Assembly (NCBI GenBank): GCA_031412915.1
Contig: JANODX010000054.1
Location: forward strand, 13,126-77,125
Origin: Vicinamibacteria bacterium
GTDB taxonomy: Bacteria; Acidobacteriota; Vicinamibacteria; Fen-336; JAGNNV01
Reading direction: 5' to 3'
Length of the DNA stretch: 64,000 nt
Shown piece after piece: positions 1 to 9,311 of this stretch. Under the pieces are notes generated by a model. The model saw only the letters and a list, made by a program, of their open reading frames with translations, was not told where the DNA came from and did not search any database. The first letter of the stretch is position 1, and each line of letters starts with the position of its first letter. The translations under genes and the position numbers were made by a program.

Positions 1-441
1 GCTGAGGGCTCGGCGATAGCGAGCCCGCGCGTAGGGAACGGTTATATGAAGACGACCACCGGGCCTCAAGACTCGACGAAGTTCGCGAAGGACAACCAAA
101 GGCGCGCGAAGATACTCAAACAGGCCCAGGCTGGTAACAGCACCGAAAGATTCGTCTTTGAAGGGCAGGTGCTCGGCGGCGGCGAGCGCGAAGCGAGGCC
201 CTGCCCGCCGTGTTGCTCCCTGTAGCATAGCGAGGTCGTAGTCCGCACCAACGCCCTGTAGCCCCAAGCGGTCCAGAAAGGGCCACAGGGGAGCGGTTCC
301 GCACCCGAGGTCCAAGACCGGCATGTCGATCGGGCTGAGCCGCGACAGGATGGCCTCGGCCTGCAACCGAAATGAACGTTCGGCGGCGCGGTGTTTCAGA
401 TGGTACTCAGCGCTGGCCGAGAAGCGGGTGCTAGACACCAT
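1..441 (-). CDS. Class I SAM-dependent methyltransferase (Methyltransf_11/25-like), 3' end truncated by the window edge
   Basis: Own minus-strand translation, ATG at 441: ...LSPIDMPVLDLGCGTAPLW...GADYDLAMLQGA...PFKDESFGAVTSLGLFEYL...LRELRRVLRPGGRLHITVP. This shows motif I (VLDLGCG), the acidic motif and the post-I region. The ORF runs off coordinate 1, so it is absent from the ORF track. Confidence 0.6.
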   Translation of the reverse strand, partial: MVSSTRFSASAEYHLKHRAAERSFRLQAEAILSRLSPIDMPVLDLGCGTAPLWPFLDRLGLQGVGADYDLAMLQGATRRAGPRFALAAAEHLPFKDESFGAVTSLGLFEYLRAPLVVLRELRRVLRPGGRLHITVPYARARYRRALS

Positions 442-1471
442 CCGTATCGCCTATGCGGAACATCCAGCCCCGGCCGGGAGGCATCTCCATCGCGAGACCA
501 CTCGGCGTCAGGCGCCTGCAGAGAAGGCGCTTCTTCGGCCTCTTTCGAACAAAGCCGATCTCGCGGGCTGCTTGAACGAGGGGGTCTGCGGTGGCGGCCC
601 CCTGCGCGCTCCACAATTCGACGATTCCGACTTGTGCGATTCTCATCTCATCGATCACCGCCTTCAAGACCGGTCTCATCCGGCGAAGGCCTTCCGGATC
701 GGTGGACCAGCCATCGACCAGCCAGCCCCTCAGGGGGGCATTCGGCGTCACTTGATGGGTCAGGAAAACGACTACGGCGAATGCGTGTCCGTCGCGGGAG
801 ACGGCAAAACGGTACGGCACCGGGTTACGACCATATCGGACGCGAAGCCACTCGTCGTCGCGCTGCGTGCTTGCCTCCGGCCAGGCTGCTGGGGCAGTGG
901 GGGGAAGACCGGACGGAGGTTCGGCGAGGATTTCGACGGCACCAGTCTTCGCCTGGTCCGGCCTCAATATCGGCAACAGGCTCAGTAGGCCCCGCTTCCA
1001 GAAGGAGGGGGTGGCCTCGAGCGCAAGACGACGGTCAACGATCCCAATGGACTCGGTAATTCCAAAGAGGGGCGTGTAGCCAAGCGAGCGGGTCAGCGCG
1101 GGCACCGCCGCTGGTCCGGGCTGGACCGTAACCAGCTCAACACCTCGCGCTTGCAGGGCGCTCAACGTGCTGTCGTGAAGTCGTCGGAAAACGCCGCGAC
1201 CCCGGTACTCCGGGTCGACGAACAGGTCGCCGAGATCCGCAGCCAATAGAAGCCTGCCGCCAATCGTCAATGAGCGCGGCGTCCCGGCTGTCATACCAAC
1301 GAGCCGGGAGCCAGCGTATGCGACGCTGGCACACCCCGCGACCGTGTATTTATAGCGATAGTAGGCCGGATCGCGTAGCTCGGCTAGCACTGAGCCACCC
1401 TCCATGCGTTCGCGAAAAACCGCCAAGGCATCGATGTCGCTCGCGGTCGCCAGTCGAACCTCGACGCTCAA
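431..1471 (-). CDS. GNAT-like acetyltransferase / hypothetical protein (346 aa)
   Basis: The N-terminus 'RLATASDIDALAVFRERMEGG' resembles the start of a GNAT fold. The rest has no family I recognise. It sits next to polysaccharide-modifying genes. Confidence 0.4.
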   Translation of the reverse strand: MSVEVRLATASDIDALAVFRERMEGGSVLAELRDPAYYRYKYTVAGCASVAYAGSRLVGMTAGTPRSLTIGGRLLLAADLGDLFVDPEYRGRGVFRRLHDSTLSALQARGVELVTVQPGPAAVPALTRSLGYTPLFGITESIGIVDRRLALEATPSFWKRGLLSLLPILRPDQAKTGAVEILAEPPSGLPPTAPAAWPEASTQRDDEWLRVRYGRNPVPYRFAVSRDGHAFAVVVFLTHQVTPNAPLRGWLVDGWSTDPEGLRRMRPVLKAVIDEMRIAQVGIVELWSAQGAATADPLVQAAREIGFVRKRPKKRLLCRRLTPSGLAMEMPPGRGWMFRIGDTDGV

Positions 1472-2364
1472 GCGATTCGTCGCAGAATCTCCATCAGTCC
1501 AGACGCCTCCAGGGCTAGGCGTGCGACCGACGCGTTGCCGGAAATGTGAATCCGAGGGATCGAAAACTGGTCGCTATCTGGTCGAACGGCGCGATCCCCC
1601 GTGGAAAAAGCGGCCTGATACCCTGCCGCGCGCACTATGGCCCGGGCCGATGCGTCGCTTGCGCCCCAGGGGTAGGCGAAATAGCGTGGCGGAATGGATG
1701 TTTCTCGCTCCAAATCACGACGTGAACCGACGATTTCGGTCTCCTGTGCAGACGGATCTGCACGGGAGAGATCTGCGTGGGTGCGGGAATGCGAGCCAAC
1801 CTCGCCCCCTCCACTGATCAGGCTCCGTAGCTCGTTCGTAGATAGGAGTCGGGGAATCTCCTCTGGTCTCCTGAGGTCTCGAGCGATCTCGTCCCGCTCA
1901 CACTCGGAGAGGCCGGCGTACCTGCGAAAAGCGCCTTCGTGCTTCGTACCGACCAGTCGATCTCCCAGCAAGGTGCCCGATTCCGGCAGCTCCTCCGTCA
2001 GGACAAAGAAGGTGGCGGGCGCTCCGGCGCGGGAAAGATCGTCGAGAACATCCAGAGCATCCCGGTGACCATCGTCGAAGGTCAGGGCGATCACGTCGCG
2101 CTCGAGTCTTCGATTCTCAAGCATCGAGACCAATGCCGGCAGTCCGACGAACCGGTAGTGTCGACGAAGATACGTCAGATGAGCAACGAACCTCTTGCGC
2201 TCCAACGTCCCCGGCCATTGATCATCGGCGACGCGATGGTAGCAAAGGATCCTCGGATGCCCCCCCCTTGCCAACAGCCGGCGAGCGATGAGCCCCATGG
2301 TCAAAAAACCGGAGTGATATAAGAACCCGCTCAGGGCTTCAGCCATGACTTGACGTGCCGACAT
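1468..2364 (-). CDS. Polysaccharide deacetylase family protein (NodB homology domain)
   Basis: 'ILCYHRVADD...', 'ALTFDDGHRDALDVLDDL', 'ATFFVLTE...' and 'YFAYPWGA' are typical CE4/NodB motifs. Confidence 0.75.
   Translation of the reverse strand: MSARQVMAEALSGFLYHSGFLTMGLIARRLLARGGHPRILCYHRVADDQWPGTLERKRFVAHLTYLRRHYRFVGLPALVSMLENRRLERDVIALTFDDGHRDALDVLDDLSRAGAPATFFVLTEELPESGTLLGDRLVGTKHEGAFRRYAGLSECERDEIARDLRRPEEIPRLLSTNELRSLISGGGEVGSHSRTHADLSRADPSAQETEIVGSRRDLERETSIPPRYFAYPWGASDASARAIVRAAGYQAAFSTGDRAVRPDSDQFSIPRIHISGNASVARLALEASGLMEILRRIA
2260..2267 (-). repeat. Homopolymeric C8/G8 tract inside the 5' coding region of the deacetylase gene
   Basis: The plus strand reads gatgCCCCCCCCttg, which encodes ...ARGGHPRIL on the minus strand. 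This is a candidate slipped-strand site. Confidence 0.5.
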
Positions 2365-2411
2365 GTTTCAGGCGCGCGGCCTATGGGCAGGAATCATCCG
2401 GATTGCGGATC

Positions 2412-3311
2412 TCACCTTGCGACCGTCGCGTCGACATGGCTGCGAATAGCCGAGGCCTTCACCGTGTCGCCAATGCCGAAAAGCGACAGGGTCCGGTTCG
2501 CAACGTGCTTGATCGCCCGGCGCCTGGGGCTGGCAATCATGATCTCATTCAGTTGATGCCCGGTCTCCACATAGCGGGTCGTTTCCGAGTCGGCCTTGGA
2601 GAAATGCCTCGTAAACTCGGCTGGGTTCAGGCCGGTGGTATGGATCTGAACCTTCTCAAAACCTAGGGGACTCAACGCAAGCCTCAACCCCCGGCGTGAA
2701 AAGAAAGTGCGGTGTCCCGGTGGCCCAAAGACGGTCCAGCGGGCTCCGAGCAACCAGCGGTTGAGGGAAAGGGCATTCGGCGTGGTGAGATAGAGAAGGC
2801 CTCCGGGCCGAAGGAGTCTCGCAGCGCCATCGAGGACGGTTCGGGGATCCGAAAGATGCTCGAGAAGCTCGATCATCGCAACCACGTCGAAGGAGCCCGC
2901 AGGGAACACCGGGTCATCGATCCGGCTGGAAACGTTCCAACCTCGAGCGCGGCCTCTCGCCAGTGCCACTTCGGAGTCCTCGAGGCCGAAGCACTTCCAG
3001 CCTCTCTCCGCAGCAGCCTCTAAGAGCCCGCCACCACCGAAGCCGACGTCGAGCAGCCTTTCCGACTGCCTGGCAAACTCGAAGGATGAAACAAGCCGTG
3101 CCAGCTGGATCTTCGACACCTCTGGAACGTGGAAACCGGGTCCACCGTAAATGTCATCGTACAAATTCGGTGGAACTTCCTGCTCGGGGCTGACCGGAAC
3201 GGTCAGGGATGAGCAAACCCGGCAGCGAAAGAAGTAGAAGGCACCCTTGCTGCGCCAAAAGCTCGTGCGTTCGGAGCGACAGATCCGGCACGGTGGCTTA
3301 AGGTCGTCCAT
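2412..3311 (-). CDS. Class I SAM-dependent methyltransferase with N-terminal Cys4 zinc ribbon
   Basis: N-terminus 'CRICRSERTSFW...FFRCRVCSSL'. Motif I 'LLDVGFGGGGLLEAAAERG', acidic 'FGLEDS' and post-II 'FDVVAMIELLEHLSDP...LLRPGGLLYLTTPN'. Confidence 0.7.
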   Translation of the reverse strand: MDDLKPPCRICRSERTSFWRSKGAFYFFRCRVCSSLTVPVSPEQEVPPNLYDDIYGGPGFHVPEVSKIQLARLVSSFEFARQSERLLDVGFGGGGLLEAAAERGWKCFGLEDSEVALARGRARGWNVSSRIDDPVFPAGSFDVVAMIELLEHLSDPRTVLDGAARLLRPGGLLYLTTPNALSLNRWLLGARWTVFGPPGHRTFFSRRGLRLALSPLGFEKVQIHTTGLNPAEFTRHFSKADSETTRYVETGHQLNEIMIASPRRRAIKHVANRTLSLFGIGDTVKASAIRSHVDATVAR

Positions 3312-3474
3312 TGAAGGGCTTTAGTGAATGATTGTCCTCGATCGAGTTGAAATGTGTCAACTATTGGGTCACGGGAACGACAAGCCAGCTCCCACCCCTG
3401 TGTGCCAACATGAATGAGACACCGCTCTTCGTCTAATTAAGCAGCAAGACAGGGCGTAGAAAGACAAGCCGTTC

Positions 3475-4005
3475 ATGGAATCCCCAGCATCCGTACCCGC
3501 CCCCACGGGGTCGTCGGTCGGTCCAGATCCGTTGCCGTCTCCGTTGCCCTCGAGTTTGGGGGAGGGGCCGGGACTGGAGGTCGCCCAACGGGCGACCGTA
3601 AGGCCCGGAGCCTCCTCCAAATTCGACCGGCCTGGTTCGGAGGTCCGGCCCACCCGTCGGCACTTCGACATTGCGACGAAACTTCGCATCCTCCGCGAGG
3701 CGGATCTTTGTACCCAGCGCGGCGGGATCGGCGTCATTCTCCGGCGTGAGGGGATCTACTCCTCGCTGCTGGTTCGTTGGCGCAAAGAACGCGAGGCGGT
3801 GGCCAAGACCCATCTGGTTAAGAAGCGTGGCCCCAAGGCGGCGGCCGTGAATCCGCTGGCCGAGGAGAATCGCCGTCTTCAGAAGGCGCTGGCCCGATCC
3901 GAGGCGAGGCTCAAGAAGGCGGAGCTCGTGATCGAACTCCAAAAAAAAGTGGCGAAGCTCCTGGGCGAACCGTATCTGCCCGGCGATCTCGACGAAAACG
4001 ATTGA
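3475..4005 (+). CDS. IS3-family transposase OrfA (HTH); the true start is probably internal or non-ATG
   Basis: 'LVKKRGPKAAAVNPLAEENRRLQKALARSEARLKKAELVIELQKKVAKLL' is a typical IS3 OrfA leucine-zipper/HTH region. The N-terminal ~70 aa are Pro/Ser-rich and are probably not translated. Confidence 0.65.
   Translation: MESPASVPAPTGSSVGPDPLPSPLPSSLGEGPGLEVAQRATVRPGASSKFDRPGSEVRPTRRHFDIATKLRILREADLCTQRGGIGVILRREGIYSSLLVRWRKEREAVAKTHLVKKRGPKAAAVNPLAEENRRLQKALARSEARLKKAELVIELQKKVAKLLGEPYLPGDLDEND
3941..3949 (+). other. Programmed -1 ribosomal frameshift slippery site (A AAA AAA G) joining OrfA to OrfB
   Basis: The A8 run is in OrfA frame ...caa aaa aaa gtg. OrfB is in the -1 frame. Slipping gives ...IELQKK|SGEAPGRTVSARRSRRKRLTPAVIEAG..., running straight into OrfB. 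Confidence 0.6.
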
Positions 4006-5132
4006 CGCCAGCGGTTATCGAGGCCGGTTTACTGATCGGCACAAGGGAGGCGTGCGTAGCGCTCGCCGTTTCGCACGCCTCCTGGTACCGGGATCTCAAG
4101 GCAAAGATCTCGGTGATTCCGGCTGTGAAGCTACTCGTCCCGTCTCCTCGGGCGCTCAAGCCTGTCGAGCGGTCCGCGATCCTGGTCGCTCTCAACTCCG
4201 ACGAATTCGCCGACAAGTCCCCGGCCCAGGCCTTCCACTCCCTCCTCGACCGCGGCGAGTATCTGGGCTCTATACGCACGTTCTACCGGGTGCTGGCCTC
4301 CGTCATGGCCGTGATCGAGCGGCGGGCAATCGCCCGCCATCCGTACCGCCCAGCGCCTCAACTCCTCGCCACGGCGCCCAACCAGGTCTGGTCGTGGGAC
4401 ATCACCAAGCTGAAGGCCGCAGGTCATTTCCTCTGCCTCTACGTCATCCTCGACATCTTCAGCCGCTACGTGGTCGGCTGGACCCTCGCGTCAACGGAAT
4501 CCTCGGGCATCGCCGTCCGTCTCATCGAAGAAACCTGTCGGAGGCAGGGCATCAGGCCGGGGACCTTGATTCTCCATTCGGACCGCGGCTCTTCCATGAC
4601 CGCCGGAAATACCTACGACCTGCTTCAGCGACTCGATATCGAACCGTCCCATTCCAGGCCGCGAGTCTCCAACGACAATCCGTTTTCCGAGGCGCAGTTC
4701 AAGACCTTCAAATATTCACCCGCCTTCCCAGACAAATTCGGTGGGCCCGACGATGCCCTCGCGCATTGCCGACGACTCTTTCCCTGGTACAACGACGAGC
4801 ATCACCACTCCTCGCTCGGCTACCTCACGCCGGCCCAGGTCCATTTCGGCGTTCACGGTCCCGTTCTCGACCAGCGGGCGATCACCCTCGCCCGCGCCTT
4901 CGAGCTCAACCCAAATCGCTTCGTCCAGGGCGTCTCTATTCCCAAACGCCCTCAGCCCGTGGTCTGGATCAATCGGCCGAAGAATTCGGCCTCCACAGTT
5001 GCCCCAGGATCGACGCAGCCAGCCGTGTCCACCCCACACCCTGCCGAGATCTCGCGGCTAACCGGCTCTCCCGAGTCCGCTCTCTTCGATCCGCTCCCTA
5101 AACTCCCACCCTCGGTGTCTCACGCCTGTTGA
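4002..5132 (+). CDS. IS3-family transposase OrfB (integrase core, DDE)
   Basis: 'VWSWDITKL...LYVILDIFSRYVVGWTL', 'LILHSDRGSSMTA' and 'WYNDEHHHSSLGYLTPAQV' are classic rve-domain motifs of IS3. Confidence 0.85.
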   Translation: MTPAVIEAGLLIGTREACVALAVSHASWYRDLKAKISVIPAVKLLVPSPRALKPVERSAILVALNSDEFADKSPAQAFHSLLDRGEYLGSIRTFYRVLASVMAVIERRAIARHPYRPAPQLLATAPNQVWSWDITKLKAAGHFLCLYVILDIFSRYVVGWTLASTESSGIAVRLIEETCRRQGIRPGTLILHSDRGSSMTAGNTYDLLQRLDIEPSHSRPRVSNDNPFSEAQFKTFKYSPAFPDKFGGPDDALAHCRRLFPWYNDEHHHSSLGYLTPAQVHFGVHGPVLDQRAITLARAFELNPNRFVQGVSIPKRPQPVVWINRPKNSASTVAPGSTQPAVSTPHPAEISRLTGSPESALFDPLPKLPPSVSHAC

Positions 5133-5683
5133 CACGTTCCGCACAGCCCTCGAACCCAGGAAGGCCTCCGCCCGCCAAGTACCGTGTGGGGTCACCTCTC
5201 TGCCAGACCCATAGAATGGCCAAGAGGATGAGACACGGCCACCCCGATTTCTCAGACACTCATCGTGAGAGTTTGCACTGTCGCGTCCGTGCCGTGCCTC
5301 TGGGGTCAATGCCTCGCCGAAGCGCGGCTGGCTGAGAGAAACATGCGACCAGCTAGACTTAGTGGGAGTGGATAAACGGGTGTTGGAAGGGATGGCGGAA
5401 GGCACCGCGCCAAGGGCAGTAGGAGGGACGCTTCCACCTTCGTGAAGTATTGGCCGACCTTCATGGCGAATTCAAGAGCCCGGACATCATCGCCAGTGAG
5501 ACGGACCGCACGAAGTATTTTCGCGAAGCACGGGCCCAGCCGTTGGCCATCCTTCTGAAGGGTTTGATTGAATAGAGTCGCAGGCGCTGCACTTCCGCTT
5601 CCGGAACTGGTAGGGGGCCTCCGTCCACGAGCTTCGTCTGATCCAGGAGATCCCGTACAACTGACCGTGACGCGGGAGTCAAG

Positions 5684-7111
5684 ATGAGACTTCGAGACCT
5701 GCTGTCCGACGCTGCTGTCTACGGCTCGGCCCGAGTCGTATCCAGTGTGGCCGGTGCATTGCTTATTCCACTTTACGTTCGCAGGCTTTCGGTATCCGAC
5801 TACGGAGCGATTGAGAATATCAACATCTTTCTCCTTCTGGCGCCGCCTGTAGTCGGGGCTTCTCTCTATCAGGCCGTCTATCGATTTTGTTCACCTACGG
5901 CGGAGGATCGCGCGGCCTCGTTGGGTGCGATTCTGGTGGCGTCTGCCTGGTCCATTGGCGCGCTCTGTTTCCCGTTCTATTTCGTTGCCCCGATCATGGC
6001 CGCGACCGTTCTTGGCGGTCGGGGTGTCGCATTCGCATGGTCCTTGTTTTTGCTCGGGTCCGTTATTGCCGTGAACTCCATCGTCCTAACCTGGCTGAAC
6101 CTTGAGAGGCGAAAGGCGGCATATGTAGCCACTACCGTCGGCACCACCGTTCTTCAGATGGCATTCGCAGTCTGGTTTGTTGGTGTCGAGCGCTGGGGAG
6201 TTTCAGGCTTTGTTGCCGCGGCAGTCATAGCGCAGATCACCGCATTGTGCGTAGGACTCTCAGCAGTTTGGAGCGATCTGGCCTTCTCCAAGAGTCTAAG
6301 TCGAGTAACCGCAATCCTTGTCTACTCTGCGGCCTTCATTCCCGGATCACTGGCCATACTCGCCATGAGGTCGTCGGATCGTTACATTCTTGCCATCGTC
6401 AACGGCGGTGACCTCAAGGAGATCGGCCTTTACTCTATGGCCGAGAAGATGGCCCTCCCTGTGGGCCTGCTGGGCGCCGCCTTTTCGCAAGCCTTTCCTG
6501 CCTTCGGTCTGCGCCTGGCTGCGAACTCCGAGGATAGGCAGGTTCTTCGGGAAATCTTCCGGCTCTACGTCGTTCTCACAGCCATCGTTTCCTTCCTCTG
6601 CTCTGCTCTCGCTCTACCCTTCCTCAGGCTGGTCGGTGCTCAGGCCTTCCTACCCGCAGCGCAATACACACCTGCCCTGACCATCTACCTCTCTCTAAAC
6701 TCTCTGGTCACAATCGGAAGCTTGGCGGTCTATGTTTCAGGGAAACCTATGGCGGTTGTTGCGGCCTCCATCGCAGCCGCTCTTGTGAACCTCCTGGCGA
6801 ATCTACTTTTGATCCCGGGCCACGGAGTCTGGGGGGCGGTTTGGGCGACCGTCTTGGCATTCGTCGTGTACAACCTGGTCGTTTTTGCGCTAGCCGAACG
6901 TGATCTACCCATGAATTATCCCTTCGCGGCCGCTGCGGCAACCTATTTAGGCACTCTCCTTGCCGGCACCATGGCCCTGTCTGGTGTTGTCGGAATCCTC
7001 GTCGGGGGGGCGCTTCTCGGGGCGCTCCTGGTGATGACGCGCTTGGCAAGCGTAGGAGATATTAGGAGGACGTTGACTCTGCTGCGCCCGAAGACTTCCG
7101 GTACCTCTTAG
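5684..7111 (+). CDS. wzx: Polysaccharide/O-antigen flippase (MOP superfamily, Wzx-like), polytopic membrane protein
   Basis: 475 aa. The N-terminus 'LLSDAAVYGSARVVSSVAGALLIPLYVRRLSVSDYGAIE' is typical of Wzx/'polysaccharide biosynthesis protein'. About 12 hydrophobic segments. 'ggag' RBS upstream. Confidence 0.75.
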   Translation: MRLRDLLSDAAVYGSARVVSSVAGALLIPLYVRRLSVSDYGAIENINIFLLLAPPVVGASLYQAVYRFCSPTAEDRAASLGAILVASAWSIGALCFPFYFVAPIMAATVLGGRGVAFAWSLFLLGSVIAVNSIVLTWLNLERRKAAYVATTVGTTVLQMAFAVWFVGVERWGVSGFVAAAVIAQITALCVGLSAVWSDLAFSKSLSRVTAILVYSAAFIPGSLAILAMRSSDRYILAIVNGGDLKEIGLYSMAEKMALPVGLLGAAFSQAFPAFGLRLAANSEDRQVLREIFRLYVVLTAIVSFLCSALALPFLRLVGAQAFLPAAQYTPALTIYLSLNSLVTIGSLAVYVSGKPMAVVAASIAAALVNLLANLLLIPGHGVWGAVWATVLAFVVYNLVVFALAERDLPMNYPFAAAAATYLGTLLAGTMALSGVVGILVGGALLGALLVMTRLASVGDIRRTLTLLRPKTSGTS

Positions 7112-7709
7112 CAAAGCGTGCCACGTCGCTCGAACAGAGGTCGGCGACGCGTTCCCGTATCGTCTGGTCATCCCAGTGCCACCACTCCGTTGCTAGCAAA
7201 TCAGCCACGACGTCGGGGGGGAAGCGGAACCGAAGCACTCGAGCGGGAGTGCCGGCCACGATGGCGTATGGCGGCACATCCCGACTCACGAGCGACCTGG
7301 CCGCCACCACCGCCCCGTGGCCCACGCTGACTCCGGCGAGGATCATCGCTCCGTGACCAATCCACACATCGTGGCCAACCGACACGTTCCCCTTAAGTCT
7401 TGGATGGCCGTCCTGCCCGGCCCCGGGCAAGCCCAAAATGATCCGGAAAGGAAAGGTGGAAACCCAGTCCGTCCTGTGGTCTCCCGAGCAGAGGAACGAG
7501 ACGCCTTCCGCGATGCTACAGAAGTTGCCGATGGTGACCCGCACCGATGAGTCGCGGGCGGTAATGACCACAGGCGCCCCATAGCTGTGGCGCCCGACCG
7601 TGAGACGCCCTTCAGCCACCTGACGGGCGAAGAAGCGCCGGGCGTTTCGAGCGGTTGTCAAAGCCAATAGGGCATCGAGTCGCTCAGTAAACGCTGATCG
7701 GAGATTCAA
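7062..7709 (-). CDS. Hexapeptide-repeat (LbetaH) acetyltransferase, CatB/VatD-like
   Basis: 'VTIGNFCSIAEGVSF', 'GNVSVGHDVWIGHGAMILAGVSVGHGAVVAARSLVSRDVPPYAIVAGTPARVLRFRF' and C-terminal 'EWWHWDD'. It is a paralogue of 20564..21253. Confidence 0.75.
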   Translation of the reverse strand: MNLRSAFTERLDALLALTTARNARRFFARQVAEGRLTVGRHSYGAPVVITARDSSVRVTIGNFCSIAEGVSFLCSGDHRTDWVSTFPFRIILGLPGAGQDGHPRLKGNVSVGHDVWIGHGAMILAGVSVGHGAVVAARSLVSRDVPPYAIVAGTPARVLRFRFPPDVVADLLATEWWHWDDQTIRERVADLCSSDVARFAKRYRKSSGAAESTSS

Positions 7710-7885
7710 AACGTGCTTTGCCTCACCGGCTGTGGGCGCCCCCTGGGGCTCGCCCTAAGGGGGTGGCCCATCGCCAACTGGTCGTGTGATCGAACGGTCC
7801 GCCAAGGGCATGGCATCTTTAGATACTACCTCGTTCGGACCGCCGGTTACCCCCGCCGGGGTGTGCGTCATGAATGTGGGGTCGA

Positions 7886-9120
7886 TTAGGCGGCCCGATG
7901 CTCCCAGTACTGTTCCGTCCGTCCACTAAGTTCGCAGCAGCGGAGGGCAAGGATGGCATTGGCACCTTTGACGGTCCACCGCATGCCGGATTGTTTGAGT
8001 CTTCGCCCGGCGATGGTCTTGCAGCCCGCCTCGATGACGCCCGATCCGACAAACAGACCCTGGCTTCGAAACTCCCGGTAGCGCATCCGCGCTGCGTTGG
8101 TCTGAAAGTATCCGGCGGCTCGGCGGACTTCATCCTTGACGGCTTCGTTCCCGGGTCGCAGGCGAGCCAGCGCGGTGAGTACTGCCTCGACATTACCGAG
8201 GTCCAGTTCGGCGATACGCGCGTCCGCCCATTGCTTCGCCATCTTGTCGCCGGGCCCGTAGACGACTTTGGCAAGCTCCGATAGGTGTTCGCGGGCGTGG
8301 TACAGATCGACGATCTCAATGGCGCCTGGGAAATGTTCCGAGGCGATGTTCCAGATCCAGGGTGCGCCGTCACCCAGGACGACCATCTGTTTTGAGAATC
8401 TCCCTCCGCGCCTTATGAACTCCGTGAAGATCCGCTGACCAAATTCCTCCGCGGTCTCGATCGCTCCAACGTAAGTAGTCGATCCCTCATCACGAATGGG
8501 CCGCCCTTCGGAATCCACGCCGACCTGGGTGAAGACACAGCCAAGCTTGGCTTCTCGGGTCTTGGCTCGACCGGTCTCGTCCTTGCCCCGCCGTCCTTCG
8601 GTCTCGTGGGGCACCATGGGTACGCCGGTACCGTCCACCGCGACATACATCCTGGGAACGGGCGTGATTTGAACGATCTTTCTGGAAAGCACTGCCTTGC
8701 GCTCGCGACGAGCGACCGCTTCGATTTCCTCGCCGATGGTCTCTGAGACGCGCTCCACTTCTTTGGTCTTCACGAAGATACCGGCCATGGACTCAAAATC
8801 CTGGCGGCCCTCATCGAAAGCTTCCTTGCCACCGACTCGGGCCATGAGGCGGCGAACACCCGGGGAAAACGAAGTGGAAACAATGTCAGGTCGGAATCCT
8901 TTGGGAGCGTACCCGTTCTGCAAATCGCGCAGTGGTAGTAGGCACGGTTCACCCGGATCCTCGACAGAACCGTCACCACCTCCTTGCTTCGATAGTCTAC
9001 GAATTCGGCTGCGTGACCCTTGCCGCAGGGAATACGTGGACCACGATGGCCACGGTCGGAGTCGAGCAGTTTTTCCAGAATGGCGCCGCCCAGCTGATGC
9101 ATAGAAGCCTGGAGCGCCAT
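7886..9120 (-). pseudogene. DDE transposase, tentatively ISKra4-like family, disrupted by a frameshift near 8861-8875
   Basis: The N-terminal part is in the frame of ORF 8770..9120 (zinc finger 'RAYYHCAICRTG'). The C-terminal part is in the frame of ORF 7886..9244 ('VVLGDGAPWIWN', 'IVDLYHAREHL', '...GSGVIEAGCKTI'). The frames overlap at a CCCC/GGG run ('ttttccccgggtg'). The first ~120 codons of the 7886..9244 track ORF are low-complexity and out of frame. Family assignment is from memory of motifs and is not verified. Confidence 0.5.
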
Positions 9121-9226
9121 CTCGATCGCTTCCAGATCCAGGCCCGCATCCGGCCTCCGGGTCAGAACGCGGGCGACGATGCGAGCTATCTCGCCCGCGG
9201 TCTCTTCCTGGATGACCTCCGCGAGG

Positions 9227-9234
9227 TTTTTTTT
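9227..9234. repeat. 8-bp T8 target-site duplication, left copy, of the ISL3 element
   Basis: TTTTTTTT lies immediately outside IRL (GGCTCT...). An identical TTTTTTTT at 11009-11016 lies immediately outside IRR. Confidence 0.6.
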
Positions 9235-9311
9235 GGCTCTCCAACGAAATCTATGGTCACAAAGGGGCAGAAAATGCCTCTACCACGGCCTCTACTGACA
9301 ACGGCGGCTGG

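Larger units (their letters stand above)
3399..5136 (+). mobile_element. IS3-family insertion sequence (about 1.74 kb) inserted between the methyltransferase and wzx
   Basis: It has OrfA (HTH) and OrfB (rve/DDE) in the -1 frame relationship, with an A8 slippery site. Imperfect terminal IRs: TGTGTGCCAACATGAATGAGACACCG at 3399-3424 versus the reverse complement of CGGTGTCTCACGCCTGTTGACAC at 5113-5135. The shared core is TGT..CAACA..TGAGACACCG and the ends are TG...CA. Confidence 0.75.

Noticed and set aside
323-1059. Two overlapping ~220-aa plus-strand ORFs at the left edge
   Set aside because: They are antisense to the minus-strand methyltransferase fragment (1..441) and the GNAT-like gene (431..1471). 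Their translations are Arg/Ala/Gly-rich.
5461-5682. 73-aa minus-strand ORF abutting the wzx start
   Set aside because: GC3 is only about 50% over the first 14 codons. It is divergent from wzx with a 1-bp gap, so there is no room for promoters. It was treated as non-coding IS-flank DNA.
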